Below, one piece after another: positions 18,403 to 28,065 of a stretch of 64,000 nt of DNA. Made by a program: the position numbers and the translations under genes. The first letter of the stretch is position 1, and each line of letters opens with the position of its first letter. Origin of the DNA: Polyangiales bacterium (GTDB lineage: Bacteria; Myxococcota_A; Polyangia; Polyangiales; Polyangiaceae); NCBI GenBank assembly GCA_038230375.1, contig JBBRNJ010000026.1:1-64000 (forward strand), read 5' to 3'. Under the pieces are notes generated by a model. The model did no database searches. It saw only the letters and a list, made by a program, of their open reading frames with translations, and was not told the DNA's origin.

Positions 18403-19236
18403 ATGCCCAAGCTCACGCGCTCGAAGGTCACCTCCGCACCGTGCGTACTGTCCGTGGCGGGCCTGGATCCGGGCGGCGGCGCGGGCATCCTGGCCGACGC
18501 GCGCGCCATCCTGCGCACAGGCGCGTTTCCTTGCGCGGTCGCTGCGGTGCTCACCGTCCAGTCGACCTCCGGCCTTCGTGACGTGAAGCCCGTACCCGCC
18601 GCGTTCGTCACGCGTCAGGCGCGCGCGGTCTTCGCGAACCAGAACGTGCGCGCGGTGAAGGTCGGCGCGCTGGGCGGCGCGGCGAATGTGAAGGCAGTGG
18701 CGGAGCTCGCGGCCATCCACAGGGACATCCCGTTCGTGGTGGACCCCGTGATGCGTCCCACGCGCGGCAGCACACGGCTGCTGGACGACAGCGCCGTGCG
18801 CGCGCTCCGGAAGGAGCTCCTGCCACGCGCGGCGCTCGTGACTGCGAACGTGCCAGAGGCTGAGGCACTGCTGAAGAGGCGCATCGGAAGTGTGCATGAT
18901 GCACGCATCGCCGCGGAGGCGCTCGCGGGGTTGTCGCACGGCGCGGCGCTGGTGAAGGGCGGCCACATGGGCTCGGGAAGCGCCACGGATTTCCTCTTCG
19001 TGAATGGGGAGCTCTACGAGCTCACCTCCCCACGCCTTGCCATGCCGCAGCTCCACGGGGGTGGGTGCATCCTGTCCTCGCTCATCGCTGCAAGGCTCGC
19101 CATCGATCAGCGCTCGTTCGCGGCGGAAGCGGCAGACATGCTCATCGACGCCACGCGCTGGGCGAAGCGAGCGCACCACCGCGCGCTGGCCACGCTGCTA
19201 GACGTGGGCGGCGATCTGCGCGTGATGCTGCCGTAG
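18403..19236 (+). CDS. thiD: Hydroxymethylpyrimidine/phosphomethylpyrimidine kinase
   Basis: SVAGLDPGGGAGILAD, VKVGAL, VVDPVM, VKGGH, HGGGC. Confidence 0.88.
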   Translation: MPKLTRSKVTSAPCVLSVAGLDPGGGAGILADARAILRTGAFPCAVAAVLTVQSTSGLRDVKPVPAAFVTRQARAVFANQNVRAVKVGALGGAANVKAVAELAAIHRDIPFVVDPVMRPTRGSTRLLDDSAVRALRKELLPRAALVTANVPEAEALLKRRIGSVHDARIAAEALAGLSHGAALVKGGHMGSGSATDFLFVNGELYELTSPRLAMPQLHGGGCILSSLIAARLAIDQRSFAAEAADMLIDATRWAKRAHHRALATLLDVGGDLRVMLP

Positions 19237-19261
19237 GGTGCGCGAAGCCCGTCAGGTGGCG

Positions 19262-19759
19262 TCAATCGGCGTCCGGCCCGTCTGTTGCGGCGTCACTACC
19301 GGCGTCCGGCGTCTCCGTGGCCTCGAGCACCCAGTGGGCGGCGGTCTCGTCCTGGCCGTCCCAGGTCATGGTCTGCACGCCGCTGATGGTGGTGATCTTG
19401 TAGGCGTACGTCTGGTTGTGATCGCCCACCAGCAGGCTCAGCGTCTTCTGGTCGTTGACGGTGTACGTCGCGGACTGGACGCGCCGCACGCGCGTGAGCG
19501 TGATGTCCTCGACGAAGGTGCCTGACGAGGGCGGCAGCGTTCCGTCGCTCGAGGCGCCGGCCTGGTTGGCGGAGGTGAAGATGAAATAGCCCGTGACCTC
19601 CGCGCGCGTGACCTCGCCGGTCTTGCTCTTTGTGGTGAGGCTCTTCACGTTCCACTGCACCGACGTGGTGGGCGTGGCCGCCTGCGAGCTACACGCGAAG
19701 GCGACCGCGACGAACGCCGCGAGCACCATCGAGCTTGAACCGAGCCTTCGCCTCCGCAT
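19262..19759 (-). CDS. Hypothetical beta-rich lipoprotein
   Basis: Lipobox (AFAC), beta-strand pattern, DAG-rich tail. Confidence 0.7.
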   Translation of the reverse strand: MRRRRLGSSSMVLAAFVAVAFACSSQAATPTTSVQWNVKSLTTKSKTGEVTRAEVTGYFIFTSANQAGASSDGTLPPSSGTFVEDITLTRVRRVQSATYTVNDQKTLSLLVGDHNQTYAYKITTISGVQTMTWDGQDETAAHWVLEATETPDAGSDAATDGPDAD

Positions 19760-19776
19760 GCGCCCCGATTATCCCG

Positions 19777-20385
19777 CTATTTTACGAACTCGTCGATGGG
19801 CCCGGCGCCCTCGCGCACGATCGTCGGAGGAATGGTCGTGAGATCGATGACGGTGGTGGGGACCATGCCGCCTGCTCCCGCGTCCAGGACCATGCCGAGG
19901 CCCTTGAAAGCGCGGTCGATGTCCTTCGCGTCGATGAACGGCTCCTCCCCCGGCAGCTGCGCGGTGGTGGAGATGATCGGGCGCCCCAGCCCGCGCACCA
20001 CGTCCAGGATGACCTGGTTGTTCGGCACGCGAATGCCCACGGTCTTGCGCTTCATGTGGACGATCTTCGGCACCTCGCGGGTTGCCTCCAGGATGAAGCA
20101 GTACGGGCCAGGCAAGAAGCGCTTGAGCACGCGATAGACGTGGTTCTCCACGATCGCGAAGCGCGCGATCTCGGACAGGTCCGGGCAGATGAAGGCCAGG
20201 TTGTGGTTCTTGTCCATCCGCTTGATCTGGTAGAGGCGATCGATCGCCTTCTTGTTCATCAGATCGCAGCCCAGCCCATAGACCGTGTCGGTGGGGTAGC
20301 CGATGACCTCGCCCGCAAGGAGCGCATCGATGGCCCGTCGAATCTTTCGCGGCTCCGGGCTGTCGGGCATGACGGGAAGAAGCAT
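19777..20385 (-). CDS. Sua5/YciO/YrdC family L-threonylcarbamoyladenylate synthase-like protein
   Basis: YPTDTVYGLGC, LPGPYCFIL, KTVGIRVP, PTTVIDLT, IVREGAG. Confidence 0.92.
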   Translation of the reverse strand: MLLPVMPDSPEPRKIRRAIDALLAGEVIGYPTDTVYGLGCDLMNKKAIDRLYQIKRMDKNHNLAFICPDLSEIARFAIVENHVYRVLKRFLPGPYCFILEATREVPKIVHMKRKTVGIRVPNNQVILDVVRGLGRPIISTTAQLPGEEPFIDAKDIDRAFKGLGMVLDAGAGGMVPTTVIDLTTIPPTIVREGAGPIDEFVK

Positions 20386-20472
20386 CAGTAAGGCGCGCAC
20401 GTCTAACAAGATCCCGAAGGATCGCAACGATTGGAATGAAGTCACCCACGACGTGGTATTTCTCATGCACCC

Positions 20473-21432
20473 TTGCCGCTCGAGGAATTTTCCCCCCACG
20501 TCCTGCAGATCCTGGCGTTCGTGTTCGGATCGCTGTGGGGCAGCTTCCTGAACGTGGTGATCTATCGCGTGCCGCTCGGCATGAGCGTGGTGCGCCCGCG
20601 CTCGCGATGCCCGAGCTGCGAGAAGCCCATTGCAGGCTGGGACAACGTCCCGCTCCTCTCGTACTTGATCCTTCGCGGCAGGACGCGTTGCTGCAAGACG
20701 CGGATGAGCCCGCGGTATCCGCTCGTCGAGCTGATCGGCGGCATGATGGCCGTGGGCGTGCTCATGCATGTGACCGGCGCATATGGAACGCACATCCCGG
20801 AGTGGAAGTTCGGCCTGTTGTTCCTCGTGGAGCTCGCGCTCTGCCTGAGCCTCGTGGCCGCCGCGTTCATCGACATGGAGCACATGATCCTGCCCGATCA
20901 GATCACGATAGGCGGGACGATCGTGGGGCTTGCCACCGCGAAGCTCCGCGGTGTCGGTGTGATCGATGCGATCGCGAGCAGCGTGTGCGCGTTCCTGGCG
21001 ATCTGGTTCTTCTTCAACGTCGTCTACAAGTGGCTGCGCGGGCGCACCGGCATGGGCATGGGTGACGCGAAGCTCCTCGCGCTGGCGGGCGCGTGGTTCG
21101 GGTGGATGGGCCTTGCGTACGTGCTCTTTGCAGGCGCGATCCAGGGCTCACTCATCACGGTGGCCGTGCGTCTCACCGGTCACAAGGTGGAGGTGCCGGA
21201 GTCCGTCAAGAAGGACATCGCGGAGCTCCGTCACTACGCCGAGCACGGCACGGACGAAGAGAAGAAGGAAGCGCAAGCCGCCCTCGACAACGATCCCCTG
21301 GCTGACGACCGCACCGGCTTCATGCAAGCCGCCATCCCGTTCGGCCCCTTCCTGATCCTGGGCGTCTTCGAGTTCCTGTTCTTCGGAGAGACCATCTCGC
21401 TCTACATCATGCGCTTCCTCGCCCCCTGGTGA
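20473..21432 (+). CDS. pilD: Type IV prepilin peptidase/N-methyltransferase
   Basis: GSFLNVVIYRVP, RSRCPSC, RYPLVE, FIDMEHMILPD, GMGMGDAKL, IPFGPFL. Confidence 0.95.
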   Translation: MPLEEFSPHVLQILAFVFGSLWGSFLNVVIYRVPLGMSVVRPRSRCPSCEKPIAGWDNVPLLSYLILRGRTRCCKTRMSPRYPLVELIGGMMAVGVLMHVTGAYGTHIPEWKFGLLFLVELALCLSLVAAAFIDMEHMILPDQITIGGTIVGLATAKLRGVGVIDAIASSVCAFLAIWFFFNVVYKWLRGRTGMGMGDAKLLALAGAWFGWMGLAYVLFAGAIQGSLITVAVRLTGHKVEVPESVKKDIAELRHYAEHGTDEEKKEAQAALDNDPLADDRTGFMQAAIPFGPFLILGVFEFLFFGETISLYIMRFLAPW

Positions 21433-21438
21433 GGGCGG

Positions 21439-21552
21439 GGTCGAGGTCGGGGTCGGGGTCGGGGTCGAGGTCGAGGTCGAGGTCGAGGTCGGGGTCGGGG
21501 TCGAGGTCGAGGTCGACGTCGAAGTCGAGGTTGAAGTCGTCGTCTAGGTCGT
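21439..21552 (+). repeat. Intergenic hexamer microsatellite (GGTCGR)x13 plus about 6 degenerate units
   Basis: Perfect units at 21439-21516, decaying to 21552, between convergent pilD and LysR genes. Confidence 0.95.
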
Positions 21553-22404
21553 TGTTGCTTGTCGTAGGGCTCTCGCGAGGGCTTTTGCCGTTGGCCGTGC
21601 GTCCTCTCTCGTGAACACGTAGTACGGCACGGGCCTCAGCTCTGGCAGGGGGCGCTTCACCAGTGTCCTCGGGACCTCGCAGAACGCGTTCACCACGCCC
21701 AGGCCCAGGCCCAGCTCCACGAGCTTGATGGTCACCTCCCAGCCGCGGCCCACCGCGCCCACGACCGGCTCGATGCCTCGCTCGCGCAGCGCCGCCGTCA
21801 GCGCCTGCTGCTGCGGTCGTCCTTCGGGTGGCAGCACCAGCGGCTGGTCCGCGAGCTCGCGCAGGCGCACGCTCCGCTTCTTCGCGAGGGCGTGCGTCCG
21901 TGGCAGTACCAGCACCTGGTCCACGGAGCAGAGCTTGGCGCACGCGAGATCCTCCGGCATCGCGAGGAGCACGCCCACCCCGACCTGTGCCTCTCCCGAA
22001 CGGACCGCGAGCACCGCCGGCGCGGCCTCGAGCGCGCGCACCTCGATGCGGACCTTCGCGGAACGCTGGAACGCCGGGAGCGCGTCGCCCACGACATAGC
22101 GGAGCGCGCCCGGGCCCGCAGCAAGCACGATGGGCTCCGCGCGTGATTCACCGACGAGCCTCGCGCGCAGCGCTCGTTCGCGTTCCAGATGCTCGCGCGC
22201 GAATGCCGCGATCTCCACGCCCTCCGTTGTAAGCACGAGCGCACGACCCGCGCGCCGGTACAGCGGCACCCCGAGCTCGTCACCGAGCTTCCGCAGGTGC
22301 CCGTGCACCGCGGGCTGCGTGAGGTGGAGGCGCTCTGCAGCGCGAGACATGTTCGCGTCCTCCGCAAACGCCGCGAAGGAGAGGAGCCAGCTGGATTCAA
22401 TCAT
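21544..22404 (-). CDS. LysR family transcriptional regulator
   Basis: SRAAERLHLTQPAVHGHLRKLGDELGVPLYRR HTH plus a substrate-binding domain. Confidence 0.92.
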   Translation of the reverse strand: MIESSWLLSFAAFAEDANMSRAAERLHLTQPAVHGHLRKLGDELGVPLYRRAGRALVLTTEGVEIAAFAREHLERERALRARLVGESRAEPIVLAAGPGALRYVVGDALPAFQRSAKVRIEVRALEAAPAVLAVRSGEAQVGVGVLLAMPEDLACAKLCSVDQVLVLPRTHALAKKRSVRLRELADQPLVLPPEGRPQQQALTAALRERGIEPVVGAVGRGWEVTIKLVELGLGLGVVNAFCEVPRTLVKRPLPELRPVPYYVFTREDARPTAKALARALRQATTT

Positions 22405-22475
22405 CACAATTCGTAATGCATACTAACCAAACATCATTGGCGGAGATAGTCGCCCGCGGTCATCTTCTCTGCATC

Positions 22476-23030
22476 ATGAACGCACAACGACATCCCAACC
22501 TCATTCCGCGCCTGGGCGTGGACATCGGCCGCGTGATCATCCACGGCGACGGCCCCGACACCTCATTCATTGGATGCTCCCTGGAGGACTCCTTGAAGGC
22601 ACCCGCAATGGCAGGCGCATTCGAGGCGCTCGCCCGGCTCACGGTCGCCTACGAGGGGCGCGTGTGGCTCGTCTCCAAGTGCGGGGCGGGGGTGCAGAAG
22701 AAGAGCCGTGCCTGGCTCGAGCATCACCGCTTCTTCGAGGTGACGAAGATCCCGGAGGAGAACCTGCGCTTTTGCAAGACGCGCCCCGAGAAGGCGCCCA
22801 TCTGCGACAAGCTCGGGATCACCTGCTTCATCGACGACAGGTTCGACATCCTGGACTCGATGCGCGGCATCGTCCCCATGCTGCTGTGGTTCGGCGAATC
22901 GTACTCGCGCAGCCCGCGCATCTGGCCCGCACCGACGTGGCGCGAGGCAGAGGCGCGTGCGCTCGAGGCGCTGGACGTGGTCAATGTCCGTCAGGAAAGC
23001 GCAGATAGCGCGGCGGCACGGCGAGCGTGA
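22476..23030 (+). CDS. HAD-superfamily (NT5C-like) phosphatase-like protein
   Basis: LGVDIGRVI (motif I variant), WLVS (II), K (III), FIDDR (IV). Confidence 0.65.
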   Translation: MNAQRHPNLIPRLGVDIGRVIIHGDGPDTSFIGCSLEDSLKAPAMAGAFEALARLTVAYEGRVWLVSKCGAGVQKKSRAWLEHHRFFEVTKIPEENLRFCKTRPEKAPICDKLGITCFIDDRFDILDSMRGIVPMLLWFGESYSRSPRIWPAPTWREAEARALEALDVVNVRQESADSAAARRA

Positions 23031-23538
23031 GCCATACGCCGTTCTCCGAACAGAAGAACACGTGGCCGTCGCGGTGCATTGGCGCGGCGTCCACGCGCAG
23101 GAGGATCGTGGGGCCCGCGCGCCGCATCGCGACCATGTTCGCGGTCTTCTCGTCCGGGGAGAGATGCACGTGCGTCCGCGCCATCCGCAAGAGACCGTCG
23201 CGACGGATGGCGGGGAGCACCGCCTCCGACGTGCCATGAAGCAGCTCCGCAGGCGGCTCCCGCGGCTCGAGCCCCAGCGCGATGTCGACCGAGTGCCCCT
23301 GGTTCGCGCGGATGCGATCCCCATTCGGTGAGAGCGCGAAGCGCTGCTTGTCGCTCGTGCGGACGATCTCGAGGACGTCCTCGCGGCTGACGGCCTCGCC
23401 TTTCGCGCAAAGCCCCGAGAGCACCGCGTCGACGGTGACCCAGCCGGCGTCATCGAGCGTGAGCCCGAGCGCAGCAGGTTCGTGCCGCAGCCCCAGGCTC
23501 ATCAGCTTGCTCACGCGGACCTTGCTCTTGTGATCCAT
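22981..23538 (-). CDS. kptA: RNA 2'-phosphotransferase (KptA/Tpt1)
   Basis: SLGLRHEP, DKQRF, IRANQGHS, HGT, RTHVHLS, NGVWL. Confidence 0.95.
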   Translation of the reverse strand: MDHKSKVRVSKLMSLGLRHEPAALGLTLDDAGWVTVDAVLSGLCAKGEAVSREDVLEIVRTSDKQRFALSPNGDRIRANQGHSVDIALGLEPREPPAELLHGTSEAVLPAIRRDGLLRMARTHVHLSPDEKTANMVAMRRAGPTILLRVDAAPMHRDGHVFFCSENGVWLTLAVPPRYLRFPDGH

Positions 23539-23569
23539 GGGGTGCGGCGCCGATGATACATCTGAAGGC

Positions 23570-24304
23570 ATGGTCGCGGCGCTCGGGGACTCGGTGGAGC
23601 TGGGGGCTGCGCGTACGCTGTTCGGCGCATCGCCGCCGCTGTCACTCGTGGTGCCTGGCATGCTGCCGGCTGACGAGTGCGCGCGCATGGTGAAGGCGAT
23701 CTCCGCGGCGCGTGAGCACTGGAATGCCGACTTCGGCGGCGCGCAGTTCTCCTTCGGACGTGCATTCTACACGCATGTCGAGACCTGCAAGAGCGAGGCC
23801 TATTTCGCAGGCGCGAGCGAGTCGGACGCGCTCGTCGAGCGCACACTCCCCAGGATGCAGGCCTGGATGCGTGAGCTCAGCGCGCAGATCACCGGCGGTC
23901 ACGTGCGGGGGCGGCGCGGCTGGTGCGGCGCCGGCGTACACATATTTCCGGCCGGTGGTGAGGTCGCGCGGAAGGGCGGTGTGCGGCACTTCGACGTGGA
24001 AGGCTTGAACGAGCGTCAGACGCAGGGACAGAGGGCAGCGCTCTCGATCGTCGTGATGCTGCAGACACCAGAGCGCGGTGGAGGGCTGCGCCTGTGGGAC
24101 GCGCGCTACCACGGACGTGAGCATGCGACGCGCGCCGATGCTCGGACGCGAAGCGAGCTCTGCACGTACGACGTCGGAGCGGTGCTCGCGATGGACAGCT
24201 ACCGTCTGCACCAGATCCAGGCTTTCTCGGGCACCCGCGACCGGATCTCGATCACGCTGCACGCCGCCGAGGTCGACCCAGGTGTGTGGGAGACGTGGTT
24301 CTGA
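23570..24304 (+). CDS. 2OG-Fe(II) oxygenase superfamily protein
   Basis: HFD...GGGLRLW...LHQI...RIS: HxD/H facial triad with RxS. Confidence 0.75.
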   Translation: MVAALGDSVELGAARTLFGASPPLSLVVPGMLPADECARMVKAISAAREHWNADFGGAQFSFGRAFYTHVETCKSEAYFAGASESDALVERTLPRMQAWMRELSAQITGGHVRGRRGWCGAGVHIFPAGGEVARKGGVRHFDVEGLNERQTQGQRAALSIVVMLQTPERGGGLRLWDARYHGREHATRADARTRSELCTYDVGAVLAMDSYRLHQIQAFSGTRDRISITLHAAEVDPGVWETWF

Positions 24305-24305
24305 G

Positions 24306-24872
24306 CTAACGCACGGGGCGGAGGTAGCTGAACTTCTCTTGCGACATGTCCTCGGCGGTGAGGCTCCAGTCGTCGTCGCGCGGGATCAGATAGAGGACGT
24401 CGCTCTCCACGCTCGCGAAGTTGAGGATGCCCAGGCCACGGAGGATGTGCTGAAAGGTCGAGCGGTCCCACAAGCGGGACTCGGGGACGCGGCAGAGCAC
24501 GCTCACTGCGGTGTCCGTGGGCGAGTTCGCGACCATGAGGAACGCCATGGTGAGCGTCATGTAGCGCCCGCCGCCGCGGTACGGATCGATCGGGCCGGAG
24601 GGCTCCGTGCGCGCGGTCTCGTCGGTGAGCATGCCCTGCACCCACATGCGGTAGTCGCTCTTCGCCTTCTTGTTCTCGTCGAAGTAGTCCCAGCAGCCGC
24701 GCTCGACGAGCGAGAGGTTCTGCCCGAGCTCTTCGCGCAGCCCACGGTAGGACTCCCACTTCTGGTGGTGACCCATCGAGGCGGGCAGCGACCGGACGTG
24801 CGCGCGCAGCGACGCGTGCAGCTGGTCGTGGAAGGGGAAGCACAGCTCCATGGCGAAGATCGAGCGCGCCAC
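24306..24872 (-). CDS. Hypothetical protein, DUF1517-like (start uncertain: 24872 GTG, 24887 or 24851)
   Basis: C-terminus VLYLIPRDDDWSLTAEDM..YLRPV resembles the DUF1517 end (ILWTP..D.L...L...YP.L..L). Confidence 0.5.
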   Translation of the reverse strand: MARSIFAMELCFPFHDQLHASLRAHVRSLPASMGHHQKWESYRGLREELGQNLSLVERGCWDYFDENKKAKSDYRMWVQGMLTDETARTEPSGPIDPYRGGGRYMTLTMAFLMVANSPTDTAVSVLCRVPESRLWDRSTFQHILRGLGILNFASVESDVLYLIPRDDDWSLTAEDMSQEKFSYLRPVR

Positions 24873-26362
24873 TAGCTTCCACCCCATCCTGAAGCACGCG
24901 TCCACGACCCGCTCCGGCTCATCGCCGCGCCGACCACCACGCCTGTTCCCACGGCGACGATGACGGGGATCGTACCGAACTCGGTGGGCGTCGGATGCTG
25001 AGGGCTACCGAGCCCATTGGAGAAAGGTGACTTCCGCGCCGATGGGCCGTAGCCGGACGCGGGCCTGGGAAAATCAGGCTCGCGCGCGGTGGCGATCTGC
25101 GAATAGATGCCCATGGTGCGGTAGTCCGTCCAGAACCACGGGTGCGTCGCGACCGAGCGTCCATAGTAGTGGAGCGGCGTGTCGGGGTTGGGGATGGGGG
25201 AGCTCACGTCGAGCCGTGCGCCTGCATCGTGCGCCCCGGCGTCCGACGCGGAGCCGGGCGGCGGCGTCGGGAAGGGCGCGGGCGTGGTAACAGGTGCACT
25301 CGCGCCAGACGCTGGGTCTGGACCGAACGAGTCTGCCGCGACCATGTTCACGTTGATTCCGTACGCGACCATCGCGACGAAGTCGTCGTTCAGGTCGTCC
25401 ATCTCCAGCGTGTCGCGGGACGTGGGCGCAACGTAGAGCACATGCGCGAGCTGCTCGCCCTTCACGCGCGCGTAGCTGGGCAGCTTGGCCACGAACCGAT
25501 TGTCGAAGTGCGTGGAGTCGTCCGTGTACGACGCGAGCCGACCGCGATCGAGGATGAACATGGGCGGCGACTTCTTGCGCGTGGCCCGCGCCTTCGCGAA
25601 GAGCGGCTGGAAATACGCGGCTGCGGCGAGCGCGAGATGTGAGCGAACCACGCCGCGCGGATGCGGCCAGTTGTCCATGAGCATCACGGGGTCGAACATG
25701 CCCGCTGCGCCTGCGGCGAACGCGATCGACTCCGGCCCAGGAAGGTCTACCACCAGAGCCACCTGCTGCGGGGCGTCTGGCATCTTGGTGCGGTCGAAGA
25801 GGCTGGCAAGCGCGCGCCCGGTCCGGAAGGCCACGCCCATCGCCGTGGTGAAGATGGGCATGAGCACCTCTTGCACCGGGACGAACGTGCCGGGATCCGC
25901 AGGGGGCACGGTCTTGCGCTGCGCCGTCACCGACTCCAGCAGCGTGGGCACGAAGAAGGGGCGGTACGACGAAGATGACGGCGATAGATCTGAAACCAGC
26001 GTCGCCAGTGCGGCGCGCGAGAACGGCATGCTCGTGTCGCCGTCCCAGACCAGCGGCTCTCCCGACGCGCCGAAATTCCAGCCGTACTCGCGCTGCATGG
26101 CCAGCGCCGCGCGCGTCTGCGAAGTGTCGTAGTCGTCGACGGAGCCGTAGGACACGCTGCTACCGGACGACTTCCGCGCGAGCAGCGCGACGAGCCCGCC
26201 GACAGCCGCCACGCCGACCGTCGCACCGAACAGCACCTTCAGCGCCGTGCGGCGCGCCATGGGATCTGCGCCAGCCAGGCCGTCTTGCCACCAGCGCGCG
26301 CCCACGATGCCGGGCTTGTCGACCAGCTCGTCTCGCTGAAGCGGCTCACTGGGGTCCGTCAC
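24872..26362 (-). CDS. Hypothetical Tat-signal-like protein with DLPGPES/DNWPHP/FDNRF motifs and a C-terminal TM plus SRSGSW..GGS tail
   Basis: GTG start overlaps the upstream TGA; ARRTALK followed by a hydrophobic helix; C-terminal hydrophobic stretch then a Ser/Gly tail. Confidence 0.75.
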   Translation of the reverse strand: MTDPSEPLQRDELVDKPGIVGARWWQDGLAGADPMARRTALKVLFGATVGVAAVGGLVALLARKSSGSSVSYGSVDDYDTSQTRAALAMQREYGWNFGASGEPLVWDGDTSMPFSRAALATLVSDLSPSSSSYRPFFVPTLLESVTAQRKTVPPADPGTFVPVQEVLMPIFTTAMGVAFRTGRALASLFDRTKMPDAPQQVALVVDLPGPESIAFAAGAAGMFDPVMLMDNWPHPRGVVRSHLALAAAAYFQPLFAKARATRKKSPPMFILDRGRLASYTDDSTHFDNRFVAKLPSYARVKGEQLAHVLYVAPTSRDTLEMDDLNDDFVAMVAYGINVNMVAADSFGPDPASGASAPVTTPAPFPTPPPGSASDAGAHDAGARLDVSSPIPNPDTPLHYYGRSVATHPWFWTDYRTMGIYSQIATAREPDFPRPASGYGPSARKSPFSNGLGSPQHPTPTEFGTIPVIVAVGTGVVVGAAMSRSGSWTRASGWGGS

Positions 26363-27174
26363 GCGGACTCCTGACATGCGCCGCGGATGCGCGCGACGAG
26401 ATCGTCGTTGAAGATTCCGTCCACTCTCAGGGAGTATCGAAAGTGGGGCTCCGCGTCGACCCCGTGAAAGTCGAAATCGTTGAACCAGACGGCGCGCCCC
26501 GTGACGAAGGTCTTCTCGCGCGACTCCTCGTCCCACCCATAGAGCCGCTTGTCGCCCGCGGGACAGAGCGTGATGAACTGATCGGGCGCCGTCTGATCCT
26601 TCGGCTCGCCGTCGCGGTGGAGTGTGCCGTGGTCGTTCGCCTCGAGGCCCATGATGTTCGCGCGCCCGACCTGCGTGAATGGCAGCGAGTGAATCAATGC
26701 GACGGTCTTCGGGAAGAAGGTCTTCGCGCGCGCCGTGAACTCCTTGCCGGTGGGGTCGCTCTTGTCCTTCCAGGTGCGGTTCGGAATGAGCTCCACGTAC
26801 GCTTTCCACGGGAAATACACGCCGAAACGCACCTTGAGCCAGAGCATCTGGCGCCGCGAGAGAGGGTGGTCGCGCTCCTCGCCGAACTCACCGGAGGCGC
26901 GCGCGTCCGCCGGTACATCGGTGTCCGCGAGCGAACGAAAGGTCTCGAACTGTGCGTCGGTCATGGCGCGGATCACCTCGCCGTAGTCGCGGTGCGCCTC
27001 GGCTTCGTGGCCCTTCGGCATGATGCCCATGGAGCGGTGGCTGCCGCCCGTGTAGTCCAGCGGGGTCTTCGCGAGGGCGAGGCAGATCTCCTCGTGCACG
27101 TCGGGAAGCCCGGACAGATCCAGCAGCGACGAGAGGTCCACGTAGGGGCGACCGAAGATGCCGACGAGGCTCAC
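26359..27174 (-). CDS. Uncharacterised 2OG-Fe(II)/Asp-Asn beta-hydroxylase-like oxygenase (paralog A)
   Basis: HRD...WFNDFDFHGV...RYS motifs; clearly homologous to 49528-50340. Confidence 0.7.
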   Translation of the reverse strand: MSLVGIFGRPYVDLSSLLDLSGLPDVHEEICLALAKTPLDYTGGSHRSMGIMPKGHEAEAHRDYGEVIRAMTDAQFETFRSLADTDVPADARASGEFGEERDHPLSRRQMLWLKVRFGVYFPWKAYVELIPNRTWKDKSDPTGKEFTARAKTFFPKTVALIHSLPFTQVGRANIMGLEANDHGTLHRDGEPKDQTAPDQFITLCPAGDKRLYGWDEESREKTFVTGRAVWFNDFDFHGVDAEPHFRYSLRVDGIFNDDLVARIRGACQESA

Positions 27175-27206
27175 GCGCGCACTATACCCTATGGTACCTT
27201 CGGCGC
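27175..27206. promoter_or_regulatory. Back-to-back leaderless -10 promoters
   Basis: Minus strand: TATAGT (27181-27186) 6 nt before GTG 27174. Plus strand: TG-G-TACCTT (27192-27200) 6 nt before ATG 27207. No SD on either side. Confidence 0.65.
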
Positions 27207-28058
27207 ATGGAGCTCGGGCCGGCCTACCTGGCGATCTTCGGCATCGCGACGACGCTGGTCATGCTCGTGGCCTTCACGCTCATGCAGCGCCTGCTCTACA
27301 AGCATCCGCTGAGCCACGACCTGAACGGCGGCAACGTGGCACGGCGCCTGAAGCGTGTGGGCCAGGTGTTTGCGGTGTTCATGGTGTCGGCCGCGGTCGT
27401 GAAGAACGGCGTCACCGGCGACATCGAGCGCGACGTCGTCTGGGTCGCGGCGTTCGGGTTCACCGCGATCGCGCTCGTCGGTGTCACCGGTCGGCTCGGC
27501 GTGCAGCTCTTGCTCTCCTCGCGGTTGCCGGCGGAGCTCGAGCGCGGGAACGTGGCGGCAGGGGTCGCGTCCGCCGCGAACTACGTGGCCACGGGCATCG
27601 TCACCGCGCGCGCGATCGGCGGAAACGACCTGCACGGGCTCGGCGTGTCGCTCGTGTTCTTCGTGCTCTCCCAGTTCACGCTGCATGTCTTCACGCTCCT
27701 CTTCCGCATGCTCACCACGTACGACGACGCCGAGCAGATCGCAGGCGAAAACCTCGCGGCGGCGCTCTCGTATGCGGGGCTCGTCATTGCCGTTGCGCTG
27801 GTCGTCGCTCACGCCGTCGAGGGCGAGTTCGTCGGCTGGGATGCGTCCGTGCGCGGCTACGGCAAGGCGCTCATCGCCCTTGTGGCGTTCTATCCGGTGC
27901 GTCAGATCTTCGTGCAGATGGTGCTGCTGCGTGCGCCGTTCGCGCTGCGTGGCGGGCGGCTGGATGTCGCGGTGGGCGCTGAGCGCAATGCCGGCATGGG
28001 CGCGCTCGAGGCCGCCACATACGTGTCCACCGCCCTCGCCATCACGCAGCTGGGGTGA
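27207..28058 (+). CDS. DUF350 (YjfL-like) membrane protein, tandem duplicated domain
   Basis: Repeated GNVAAG/ENLAAA/NAGMG motifs, LTTYDDAEQI, about 8 TM helices. Confidence 0.85.
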   Translation: MELGPAYLAIFGIATTLVMLVAFTLMQRLLYKHPLSHDLNGGNVARRLKRVGQVFAVFMVSAAVVKNGVTGDIERDVVWVAAFGFTAIALVGVTGRLGVQLLLSSRLPAELERGNVAAGVASAANYVATGIVTARAIGGNDLHGLGVSLVFFVLSQFTLHVFTLLFRMLTTYDDAEQIAGENLAAALSYAGLVIAVALVVAHAVEGEFVGWDASVRGYGKALIALVAFYPVRQIFVQMVLLRAPFALRGGRLDVAVGAERNAGMGALEAATYVSTALAITQLG

Positions 28059-28065
28059 GCTTTCC

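Noticed and set aside
21407..21943. ORFs reading DLDPD/SRSG through the hexamer repeat, or LysR TAG readthrough into TSTP repeats
   Set aside because: These are translations of the microsatellite overlapping real genes; LysR is complete at its stop
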